A stretch of DNA of 38,563 bases, taken from assembly GCA_035271005.1 (NCBI GenBank), contig DATESF010000011.1:1-38563 (forward strand). The letters are read 5' to 3'. The first letter of the stretch is position 1. Each line of letters opens with the position of its first letter. The position numbers were made by a program, and so were the translations under genes. This DNA is from Candidatus Methanomethylophilaceae archaeon. Lineage in GTDB: Archaea > Thermoplasmatota > Thermoplasmata > Methanomassiliicoccales > Methanomethylophilaceae. This document shows positions 25,141-32,834 of this stretch, one piece after another. The notes under the pieces are model-generated. The model saw only the letters and a list, made by a program, of their open reading frames with translations, searched no databases and was not told the DNA's origin.

Positions 25141-26688
25141 TTAGTGCCTGAATACACGACATCCTGTGAACACCATAGCGATATTGTGCTCATTGGCTGA
25201 GTCAATGACCTCTTGGTCCCTGATACTCCCTCCGGGCTGTATTATCGCGGTTATACCAGCATCAGCAGCCGTGTCTACACCGTCTCTGAATGGGAAGAAC
25301 GCATCAGAAGCCATAACGCAACCTTCAGTTGACTCGTTGGCCTTCATGGCCGCTATCTTGGCAGAATCCACGCGACTCATCTGACCTGCGCCGATACCAA
25401 CGGCACGTTCGCCCTTAACGTAAACAACAGCGTTTGAAGTAACGTGTTTTGCGAGTTTCCAAGCGAAAAGAAGAGAATGGATCTCTTCCTCTGTTGGAGC
25501 TCGCTTTGTAACGACTTTCAAATTCTTTGGATCTATGTCTATGTCTTCATCAGTCTGTACTAACATACCGCCTTGGACTTTCTTCATTTTGTATTCTCTG
25601 TGTCTCTGTTTAGGTCCAATTGGCATTCCTGCCCTCAGTATGCGAATATTCTTCTTTGTTTCTAAGAGTTCAAGAGCCTCGGGCGCATAATCTGGACAAA
25701 TAATAGCTTCAACAAAGTGCTTCTTGACTTCTTCTGCTGTTGCCAGATCACAATCCCGGTTTAATGCGATAACGCATCCGTAGGCGGACATTGGATCTAC
25801 ATCATAAGCTGTTACGAATGCTTCATTTATCGTGTTAGCAGAAGCAAGGCCACAAGGGTTAGTATGCTTCATTACCACAGCAGTAGGTTTCTCAAAATCC
25901 ATTGTGATATCCAGAGCCTTGTCCAAATCGAGTATATTGTTGTACGATAACTGTTTACCATGAAGCTGTTCTGCTTTTGGAACTGTAGTTCCTTCTGTAA
26001 ACGGATCTCGATAGAATGCTGCTTTTTGATTAGGATTTTCTCCGTACCTTAGGTCTTCGACCTTTTCACTTGGTATCGGGAAGGAAGCAGGGAAACCGTC
26101 GCAGAACTGTTTGTGCATTCTACAAGCTATCATGGCATCATAGTTCGCCGTATTAACGAAAGCTTCAGCCATAAGTTTCCCAAGTACAATATCGGATACT
26201 TCGCCCTTCTCTTTCATATCGTTCAGAACTTCGGAATACTGAGATCTATCGGTTATTACAGCAACAGATTTGTAATTCTTGGCTGCCGCACGAATCATAC
26301 TTGGCCCACCGATGTCAATGTTCTCAACAATATCATCAAAGGACGAGTCTTTTAGAACTGTTTCCTTGAAAGGATATAGATTTACGACTACCATATCGAT
26401 AGGCTGGATACCGAGATCGTTAATGGCCTTCATATGATCCTGAAGATCACGACGTGCCAATATTCCAGCATGTATCTTCGGGTGAAGGGTTTTAACTCGA
26501 CCGTCTAACATCTCCGGGAATCCCGTTATATCGGAAACCTCGGATACTTTCACGCCGTTCTCTTTCAGAAGTTTGTACGTTCCGCCAGTGGATATCAACT
26601 CTACACCTTTAGATTCTAATTCCTTGGTGAATTCGACGATACCCGTCTTGTCAGAAACACTGATAATTGCCCTTTTGATCTTTATCAG
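25141..26688 (-). CDS. purH: Bifunctional AICAR transformylase / IMP cyclohydrolase; the start codon is non-canonical (CTG 26688 or ATA 26685)
   Basis: The track ORF starts at TTG 26598 (MISTGGTYKLL..). The in-frame upstream codons encode IKIKRAIISVSDKTGIVEFTKELESKGVE, which is the conserved MGS-like N-terminus of PurH. The frame is closed by TAG at 26701-26703. GGAGG at 26700-26696 lies 7 nt upstream of the CTG. Confidence 0.9.
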   Translation of the reverse strand: MIKIKRAIISVSDKTGIVEFTKELESKGVELISTGGTYKLLKENGVKVSEVSDITGFPEMLDGRVKTLHPKIHAGILARRDLQDHMKAINDLGIQPIDMVVVNLYPFKETVLKDSSFDDIVENIDIGGPSMIRAAAKNYKSVAVITDRSQYSEVLNDMKEKGEVSDIVLGKLMAEAFVNTANYDAMIACRMHKQFCDGFPASFPIPSEKVEDLRYGENPNQKAAFYRDPFTEGTTVPKAEQLHGKQLSYNNILDLDKALDITMDFEKPTAVVMKHTNPCGLASANTINEAFVTAYDVDPMSAYGCVIALNRDCDLATAEEVKKHFVEAIICPDYAPEALELLETKKNIRILRAGMPIGPKQRHREYKMKKVQGGMLVQTDEDIDIDPKNLKVVTKRAPTEEEIHSLLFAWKLAKHVTSNAVVYVKGERAVGIGAGQMSRVDSAKIAAMKANESTEGCVMASDAFFPFRDGVDTAADAGITAIIQPGGSIRDQEVIDSANEHNIAMVFTGCRVFRH

Positions 26689-26695
26689 TCTAATT

Positions 26696-26700
26696 CCTCC
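26696..26700 (-). promoter_or_regulatory. Shine-Dalgarno sequence (GGAGG) of purH
   Basis: A perfect GGAGG lies 7 nt upstream of CTG 26688 and 10 nt upstream of ATA 26685. Confidence 0.55.
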
Positions 26701-26768
26701 CTATAAGAGGCACAAATCCTAGACATACGTAGGCTCGTAATAAGTTCGTTCTACTAAAATATATCATT

Positions 26769-26792
26769 GAGCGGCCCTGTTTAGGGCCGCTC
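26769..26792 (-). terminator. Strong GC-rich hairpin 13 nt downstream of the GltB-like gene stop
   Basis: GAGCGGCCCT-GTTT-AGGGCCGCTC has a perfect 10-bp stem (8 G:C) and a 4-nt loop. On the minus-strand RNA it is followed by AAUGAUAUAUUUUAG. It is the most stable local structure I can see in the window. Confidence 0.45.
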
Positions 26793-26805
26793 TGAAAAGG
26801 TTTAT

Positions 26806-28410
26806 TCAAAAGAAGTTTTCAAACACACGTTCAGCACGGTTTTCTAATGTATCGACACCGGTGACTCTGCTAGCCATATCAGTAAGGGTAACAATATCCT
26901 CGTACTCGATAGAGTCGAAAGTAAACCTGCGGGTTCCTGCCATCAACTGCTTGAGGCCTTCTCCCAACCTATCATGAAGATAAGTAAACAGAGCAACACC
27001 GCCCCATGGAAGATCCTTTCCAAGTTTCTTGTCAGGGAACATGTCAGCAACAGTTTTAGCGGATATCATGTAAGTCTCTGGTTTGTCGCCGTATTGTCTT
27101 ACAAAACTTGCTGGCAACTTTCCGTTGGCTGCAAGTTCTGAAAAGTGCCTTCCTTTCATAGCAGCAGCGATAGGTGCCCTGGCCATAGCTATTGATTTAC
27201 ATATAGGCCCGTCACCCATATCAGAAAGAGCGAAGGCCTTGTACATTTGAGATTCATTTATGAATCCGCCTGCGAAAGATATATCCGGTACGTACATTCC
27301 TTTTTTCTTCATTATCTTAGCACAGTTCATTACCTGAGCGAACAGCCAGATTGTTGGTGTACTAAGTTCGTTCATGTGCATAATCGGTGACATTCCAGTA
27401 CCGCCTCCGGCACCGTCGAAAGTAAGTAAATCAATCTTAGATTCAGATGCCACATTCATAGTGAATGCGACAGCTTCTGGCTTGAAAGCTCCAGTCTTCA
27501 GGAACACGTTCTTTGCACCCATAGACCTAAGATTTTCCACGTCTTCTACGAATGACTTGTGTTTGGGGAACCCAATACGACTGTGTCTTTCGAAGGATTT
27601 GAAAGTTCCTGCCTTGAAGGCTTCCTGTACGGAAGGGTCTTCAGGATCTGGTACGACAACATATCCGCGAGCTTTGAGTTCAAGAGCCCTTTCGATGGAA
27701 GATAATCTTACTTCGCCTCCAATAGCTTTTGCGCCTTGTCCCCACTTGCGTTCGATAACGTCAACATCTAATTTAGAAAGTACATATTCGTCAACACCTG
27801 CACGTATATCTTCAACATTGGTTTGAACAACAATACGTCCGTTCTCTCCATCCCAGAAGTCTGTGTAGGACTTCACGCGGAATTCCATATCCTTAGAGGA
27901 CTGGACTTTCCCGTTAGAGTATACTGCTTCGCTATCCATTCCGCAGACGTTTTCACCTATTACTTCACAGACTCCTGCCATAGCGGCTCCGGAAGCGAGT
28001 TCACGCCAGTTGGTTTTTGCCACTGCAGTGGAACCTAGTCCTGCAATGTGGAACGGTAAGGACATCTTTATTGGGCTCTTTCCACGGGATCCGATTACTG
28101 TGTTCACCTTAGCGTTCTCAAAGAAAGCTATGTCTGAATCAGCCTCGATACCTTTGGCATCCAATAGTTCAGCCATAATCTGAAAGTGTGACCAATCAAG
28201 GAAATAGTTCTTGTTGGAAGCTGCAGTACTCTTTCCGAAGTGCTCCGGACTAGGATATAGTACCTCACGACCTCTGAAAGCTCCCTTAGAGACTTCACAC
28301 AATACGTTACAGTCCTCTGTGCATACAGGACACATTCCACTTGTAGGACATACGTCCTTGACACGGGAAACTGTGTCCGTAGTAGACTTTGAATTTTCAA
28401 TTATGTACAT
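26806..28410 (-). CDS. FMN-binding glutamate synthase family protein (GltB domain-2 homologue) with an N-terminal Cys cluster
   Basis: 534 aa. KWGQGAKAIGGE and FDGAGGGTGMSP match the GltS FMN-domain blocks (QGAKPG.GG, DG.(G)GTGASP). The N-terminus has C-x5-C-x2-C-x3-C-x3-C. There are no adjacent amidotransferase-domain or GXGXG-domain genes. Confidence 0.8.
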   Translation of the reverse strand: MYIIENSKSTTDTVSRVKDVCPTSGMCPVCTEDCNVLCEVSKGAFRGREVLYPSPEHFGKSTAASNKNYFLDWSHFQIMAELLDAKGIEADSDIAFFENAKVNTVIGSRGKSPIKMSLPFHIAGLGSTAVAKTNWRELASGAAMAGVCEVIGENVCGMDSEAVYSNGKVQSSKDMEFRVKSYTDFWDGENGRIVVQTNVEDIRAGVDEYVLSKLDVDVIERKWGQGAKAIGGEVRLSSIERALELKARGYVVVPDPEDPSVQEAFKAGTFKSFERHSRIGFPKHKSFVEDVENLRSMGAKNVFLKTGAFKPEAVAFTMNVASESKIDLLTFDGAGGGTGMSPIMHMNELSTPTIWLFAQVMNCAKIMKKKGMYVPDISFAGGFINESQMYKAFALSDMGDGPICKSIAMARAPIAAAMKGRHFSELAANGKLPASFVRQYGDKPETYMISAKTVADMFPDKKLGKDLPWGGVALFTYLHDRLGEGLKQLMAGTRRFTFDSIEYEDIVTLTDMASRVTGVDTLENRAERVFENFF

Positions 28411-28498
28411 TTCGTTCCTCTGTTCAGCGATTACGCCGTATGAACTCGAGTATACAGTCGTATGATATAAATCTAACTTATGTTGTCGATAATTTTTG

Positions 28499-28540
28499 AT
28501 ATTATTAGACGTTTGTCTAATTAAATACTATATTATTAGA
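28499..28540. promoter_or_regulatory. Operator-like repeats in the 270-bp divergent intergenic region
   Basis: An 11-bp direct repeat, ATATTATTAGA, occurs at 28499-28509 and 28530-28540, giving a 31-bp period. A 7-bp-arm palindrome, ATTAGAC-GTTT-GTCTAAT, lies at 28504-28521. Confidence 0.35.
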
Positions 28541-28696
28541 GAAGTGATAGATATTTTTTAGATATAAGAGAATAAAGAGATGTTTTGTTATACGTACGTT
28601 GTAAGTAATAAAACGATATTTTCTAAGATTCGTAATAATTATGTGTAACGATAGGGAAACAACAGAACATAATATCTCAACGTGCTTCACCATTTA

Positions 28697-29290
28697 ATGA
28701 GAAAGAGGGACTTGGAGATCACACTTGAGCGTCTTGAGAAACAGGCCAAGTATGATCCGGCGTTGGAACAGTATCCTACACCTGCGATTGTTGTAGCCGA
28801 TATCATGTTAAACGCACATCGTAAAGGTGATGTTGAAGGACTGAAAATAATGGACCTAGGATGTGGAAACGGCGTCTTTACGATAGCTTCAGCATTGATG
28901 GGGGCCGGTGCATCTGTTGGATATGATATTTCAGAAGACGCTATTAATGTAGCAAAAAGAAATGCAATTTCAACAGAAGTTAATTCAGAATTCTTTGTTT
29001 CAGACGTAAATGATGTGTCAGAAGGAGCAGACACGGTTTTTATGAATCCTCCCTTTGGATGTCAGAATCGTAATGCTGACCGCCCTTTCTTAGATAAAGC
29101 AATGGAAATATCGGAATGTGTGTATTCGTTACACAAAGCGGAAACTGTAGACTTCGTAATAAAATATTGCGAAAAGAAACATAAAAGAGCGTCCCTTTGT
29201 AAAATATATAAGTACGACATTCCTCATATGTTCGAATTCCATAGAGAAACAAAACGCAGCATTGAGATAGCTGTTGTAAACATAAGGTGA
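28697..29290 (+). CDS. METTL5-like / COG2263-type N6-adenine RNA methyltransferase
   Basis: LEQYPTP, the SAM motif I DLGCGNGV, and the NPPFG catalytic motif. I prefer the ATG at 28697 (MRKRDLEITLERL..). The track start is GTG 28682. Confidence 0.75.
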   Translation: MRKRDLEITLERLEKQAKYDPALEQYPTPAIVVADIMLNAHRKGDVEGLKIMDLGCGNGVFTIASALMGAGASVGYDISEDAINVAKRNAISTEVNSEFFVSDVNDVSEGADTVFMNPPFGCQNRNADRPFLDKAMEISECVYSLHKAETVDFVIKYCEKKHKRASLCKIYKYDIPHMFEFHRETKRSIEIAVVNIR

Positions 29291-29296
29291 TTTCAT

Positions 29297-29857
29297 ATGA
29301 ATAATAAAATTGAAGTATTCCCCGGAGACGAGGTAGCTGTAGAAGAAGAATATCTTGCATCAGACGGAACCTTCGAAGAGAATGGGAAAATATACGCGTC
29401 GCAGATTGGATACTTAGTATTGGATGATGAAGAGTGCGTTGCAAGGGTCGTAACACCGAACCCGCCAAACATCCTGAAGTACGGCGATATCGTATACGCA
29501 ATAATAGCGGATATACGCAAGACAATGGCAACTGCAGACGTTGTTGCCAAAGAAGGGACTGAACGCGGCGTTGGTGGAGAGACATACGGAACGATTCACG
29601 TTTCGAAAATATCTCCTGGATATACTGACGACGTAGGACGAGAACTGAGGAAAGGAGATTTCATCAGAGCTATGGTCCTAGATACTGAACCATCCCTTCA
29701 GCTTACCACCAGAGACGAGCACTTCGGTGTTATACGTTCACTGTGTGGAACTTGCAAAACCGAGATGGAAATGAAAGGAAGAGGACTTTACTGTCCAGAA
29801 TGTAAGTATTCCATGTCCAGGAAACTTGCTGACGATTACGGGAATGTTAAGTTATGA
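29297..29857 (+). CDS. csl4: Exosome complex RNA-binding subunit Csl4
   Basis: 186 aa. N-terminal VFPGDEV, a central S1-like region (GDIVYAII.., GTIHVSKIS..), and a C-terminal Zn ribbon CGTC..CPEC. AGGTGA SD. Confidence 0.85.
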   Translation: MNNKIEVFPGDEVAVEEEYLASDGTFEENGKIYASQIGYLVLDDEECVARVVTPNPPNILKYGDIVYAIIADIRKTMATADVVAKEGTERGVGGETYGTIHVSKISPGYTDDVGRELRKGDFIRAMVLDTEPSLQLTTRDEHFGVIRSLCGTCKTEMEMKGRGLYCPECKYSMSRKLADDYGNVKL

Positions 29858-30012
29858 GTAAAAATGAAATTGAATGCCTTCGCGCCGAGATATCGGCACT
29901 TAAAACGCAGGTCAGCGATTTGAAAGACATAGTCAGCGGACTCTACATGATGATGGTCGAAGAAGACGAAGCTGAAGGTTCCCCGATACAAACGGGGAGG
30001 TACTTGAACTGA
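29854..30012 (+). CDS. Unlisted 52-aa ORF, predicted coiled-coil/acidic; coupled to csl4 and the thiI-like gene
   Basis: MSKNEIECLRAEISALKTQVSDLKDIVSGLYMMMVEEDEAEGSPIQTGRYLN. The ATG overlaps the csl4 stop (ATGA). Its stop overlaps the probable CTG start of the next gene (CTGA). It is below the track's size cut-off. Confidence 0.4.
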   Translation: MSKNEIECLRAEISALKTQVSDLKDIVSGLYMMMVEEDEAEGSPIQTGRYLN

Positions 30013-30635
30013 AGCTAATCGCATTGTTGTCAAGTGGGATCGATTCCCCTGTATCGGCTTATGTTATGACCGAGGTAGGAGCAGAGGTCATACTACTGCA
30101 CATGGATAATTCACCATATGGTGACCAACGTTCTTTAGATAATGTAAAATTACTTGCAGAACGTTTACGAAAAGCTACTGGACAAGAGATGCCACTATAT
30201 TCGGCGAAACACGGTCCTACTCAGGAGCAAATCAACGAGACTTGTGACGTAAGATATCAGTGTGTCATGTGTAAACATGTCATGCAACGTGTAGCAAGAG
30301 ATTTGTGTAAACGTCTTGATTGTGTAGGAATAGTTATGGGAGACTCCCTAGGACAGGTTGCTTCCCAAACATTGTTGAACATACGTGCAGAGAACACAGG
30401 ATTAGATTTTCCTGTACTTAGGCCGTTGATAGGGTTTGATAAACTAGAGATAGAAGAAATCGCTAAAAAAATAGGAACTTATGATATCTCTATAAGTCCG
30501 TCCGTTGACTGTACTTTGGTGCCAAGAGGACCAGTTACCAATGCAGAACCCTGCAAAGTGATGGAATTCAATGATCTAGCAGAGACTGATGAACTCGTTA
30601 TGTCCTCAGTAGATTCTGCTGTAAGAATATCTTGA
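30009..30635 (+). CDS. thiI: Stand-alone ThiI-type PP-loop ATP-pyrophosphatase domain protein (no NFLD/THUMP, no rhodanese domain); probable CTG start
   Basis: LLSSGIDSPVSAYVM (PP-loop), YQCVMC, GDSLGQVASQTLLNI, PVLRPLIGFDK.EIEEIAKKIGTYDISI and DCTLVP are ThiI blocks. The track start, TTG 30024, would delete the beta1 strand (KLIA). The frame opens after the TGA at 29973-29975 and contains no ATG/GTG/TTG before 30024. GGAGG at 29996-30000 lies 8 nt upstream of CTG 30009. Confidence 0.8.
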   Translation: MKLIALLSSGIDSPVSAYVMTEVGAEVILLHMDNSPYGDQRSLDNVKLLAERLRKATGQEMPLYSAKHGPTQEQINETCDVRYQCVMCKHVMQRVARDLCKRLDCVGIVMGDSLGQVASQTLLNIRAENTGLDFPVLRPLIGFDKLEIEEIAKKIGTYDISISPSVDCTLVPRGPVTNAEPCKVMEFNDLAETDELVMSSVDSAVRIS

Positions 30636-30890
30636 TCAGTAGAACGCAGGACAATAGGTTATATCGTTCCTGTCGTAAAGCATATCCATGGTAACACGGC
30701 TGATATATCTTGCCTGTACTGCTGAAATATAGAGGAAGTTATCTCCGATAGGAATCTTAATGTCATTAGCTTTGGAAGGCTTAACTGTTGTAGGAACTAA
30801 GGCGGCACCGGTACACGCTGTACAAACGCGGTAATCTCTGCGCTCCGTCAGTATTCGCTTCTTAACATTTTCATCTACCGTAATAGGCAT
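30636..30890 (-). CDS. Hypothetical 84-aa protein (CxxC plus a C-terminal Cys)
   Basis: The ORF starts 25 nt downstream of the XPD stop on the same strand. Sequence features: RVCTACTG and ..ITYCPAFY. No family recognised. Confidence 0.5.
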   Translation of the reverse strand: MPITVDENVKKRILTERRDYRVCTACTGAALVPTTVKPSKANDIKIPIGDNFLYISAVQARYISRVTMDMLYDRNDITYCPAFY

Positions 30891-30915
30891 AAGTTCGACA
30901 AAGCCTGATTCTTTA

Positions 30916-32796
30916 TTAAAATTGTTCTCTCATAATAAAGAAATCAGTGAGGTCAGAACATGGATTTTCCGTAGATATGGCATTAATTCCGTCCAATGTC
31001 GCTACCCGCCTATCCAATAATATTGCTGCACCTACGTCCTTGTCTGATCGTATCAGCCTTCCGATGGCTTGTCTTATCCTGCGGGTTGCCGGGATCTTTG
31101 ACGCGTAGGTAAAGCCGTCACCGAACCTTATCTCACAATATCTAGTGAATGCCTTATGTTTGGCAGTAGGTCTAGGATATGGGATGCCGATTATGATTGC
31201 GACTTCTAAATCTTTATCCGGAAAATCAAGACCTTCACTTATTCGTCCGCCTGTTACTGCAAAAAGAACGCTATGAGGAGTATTAGTAAATCCTTCTACA
31301 GCCTCCATAAGGTCCATCTGGCTCATTCCTCTTCTTTCGTAGAATATGTCCTTGTCGATGCGCCCGGGTACTCCGTCACGAATGAAGGTGTCCATTAACT
31401 TATACGACGGAAAGAACACAGCAGTATTCCTTTTTGTGCATCTTGCCAGTTCTACAGTCCTGTTTTCAAGTAAAATAACATTCTCAGGATCGTTCATATC
31501 ATCATATTTGGTTGAAACATCAGTAACATATTCGATCAGTAGATTTTCTGGATTAAAAGGCGAATCGAACATTCTGACTTCTGCGTTTAAAAGACCCAGT
31601 TCATTTGCGTAGTCTTCCAAAGGTGCTAAAGTGCCAGACATATGTATTGAAGAATGACATTCAGTCAACGGGAACGATGCTTCCCTAGGATCCATACAAT
31701 AAACCTGAAGTTTAGTATTCTCGTGATCAATAACAAGTCTGACAAAAAACCCTTCTTCTGTAGTGTACCAGTGTTGTAAAAATCGTCCTAATGAACCTAT
31801 GTATGTTCGAGGAAGTTTCTTATTCTTTTTCTTAGCTTCTGAGATTATCTCTCCTATGTCAATTAATGACATGACAATATTAGATATTGTACGAGACCCA
31901 GTGCCTAAACGTTCCATAAGCTCATCTTGTAAAAAATAAGGCGGAACAAGACCGTCGTCCTCGACCATATATTCTCGCGCAGATTTTATAACGTCACTCA
32001 TGACATCAATAAAATCAGTTAGTTTGAAGCCTTCAGCAACCTCAGGATTACCCCATTCTTTTGCCTCCTTATCAGCAAGTGCCAGTGCCTTAAGACTGTA
32101 TTCTGATGTCATGACTTCCCGTAAGTAATCAGGAAGATTGTGAGCTTCATCCACAACAAGGATCATAGAAGAAATGGGGGCACTTGCCCATTCTATGAAT
32201 CTATGAAATACTACAGGCATGAAAATAAATGGATATGGCGCTATGATTACGTCTGCATCTGGTAAAACGTGTTTCATCAATTCATAATAACAAAGTTCAC
32301 GTTCTTTGCAATAAGCATAAAAATCCTCTTGTGTGGGATGTTCGTTACGCATGTATTCTGTTATGCTGGCTATTTCAACATTTTCTATGTTAGCAAAATA
32401 TTTACATTCACAGATTCCGTTTTCTTTGCGTTTGTATTCGGAACATAATTTAGATAACTCTTCTGAATTTCCCGTGGAAAGCTCCGGATCATCTGCCATC
32501 ATAGGGCACGTGGATGCTTGCCTGCCTTGTAACGGAACACACAACAATGGAAGTTTTTCAGATATCCTGGCACATTCTGAAACTACCTGTTTTTGCTGGG
32601 ACTTAGTCCGAGTTAAATAGATTACTTTACAGCCTGTGGACTTTGCTGCATCTATAGCCGCGGAAAGGGAAGAGATGGTTTTACCTGTGCCAGTACCTGA
32701 TTCTATTACGGCTGCCCCTCCAATTAGGGATACTTCGTATAGAAATTTGACCATGTCTTCCTGGCCATCTCTATAAGTGTAAGGAAAAAGGTCCAT
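30916..32796 (-). CDS. xpd: XPD/Rad3-type Fe-S cluster DNA helicase (superfamily 2, DEAH)
   Basis: Walker A ESGTGTGKT, four Fe-S domain cysteines (C-PMM.., LCSEY.., CEC), the DEAH box VVDEAHNL, and C-terminal helicase motifs (GRISEGLDF, QAIGRLIR). I prefer the ATG at 32796 (MDLFPYTYRDGQ). The track start, TTG 32850, overlaps the upstream ORF by 16 nt. Confidence 0.9.
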   Translation of the reverse strand: MDLFPYTYRDGQEDMVKFLYEVSLIGGAAVIESGTGTGKTISSLSAAIDAAKSTGCKVIYLTRTKSQQKQVVSECARISEKLPLLCVPLQGRQASTCPMMADDPELSTGNSEELSKLCSEYKRKENGICECKYFANIENVEIASITEYMRNEHPTQEDFYAYCKERELCYYELMKHVLPDADVIIAPYPFIFMPVVFHRFIEWASAPISSMILVVDEAHNLPDYLREVMTSEYSLKALALADKEAKEWGNPEVAEGFKLTDFIDVMSDVIKSAREYMVEDDGLVPPYFLQDELMERLGTGSRTISNIVMSLIDIGEIISEAKKKNKKLPRTYIGSLGRFLQHWYTTEEGFFVRLVIDHENTKLQVYCMDPREASFPLTECHSSIHMSGTLAPLEDYANELGLLNAEVRMFDSPFNPENLLIEYVTDVSTKYDDMNDPENVILLENRTVELARCTKRNTAVFFPSYKLMDTFIRDGVPGRIDKDIFYERRGMSQMDLMEAVEGFTNTPHSVLFAVTGGRISEGLDFPDKDLEVAIIIGIPYPRPTAKHKAFTRYCEIRFGDGFTYASKIPATRRIRQAIGRLIRSDKDVGAAILLDRRVATLDGINAISTENPCSDLTDFFIMREQF

Positions 32797-32834
32797 GGGG
32801 GCGTACCCACATGGAAGTAAAAAGTGTTGTGGAC

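Noticed and set aside
26701-26721. Possible TAG (pyrrolysine) read-through giving purH a canonical TTG start at 26715.
   Set aside because: This would add only MCLL-O-GGIR, which has no homology. The perfect GGAGG lies downstream of the TAG, correctly spaced for CTG/ATA. An SD inside the coding sequence with no SD before the TTG is a less economical explanation.
29980-30012. A programmed -1 frameshift fusing the 52-aa ORF to the thiI-like gene.
   Set aside because: There is no X_XXY_YYZ slippery heptamer in the overlap region. The 52-aa sequence shows no resemblance to the NFLD/THUMP module that a fusion would be expected to restore. The SD plus CTGA junction explains the arrangement as translational coupling.
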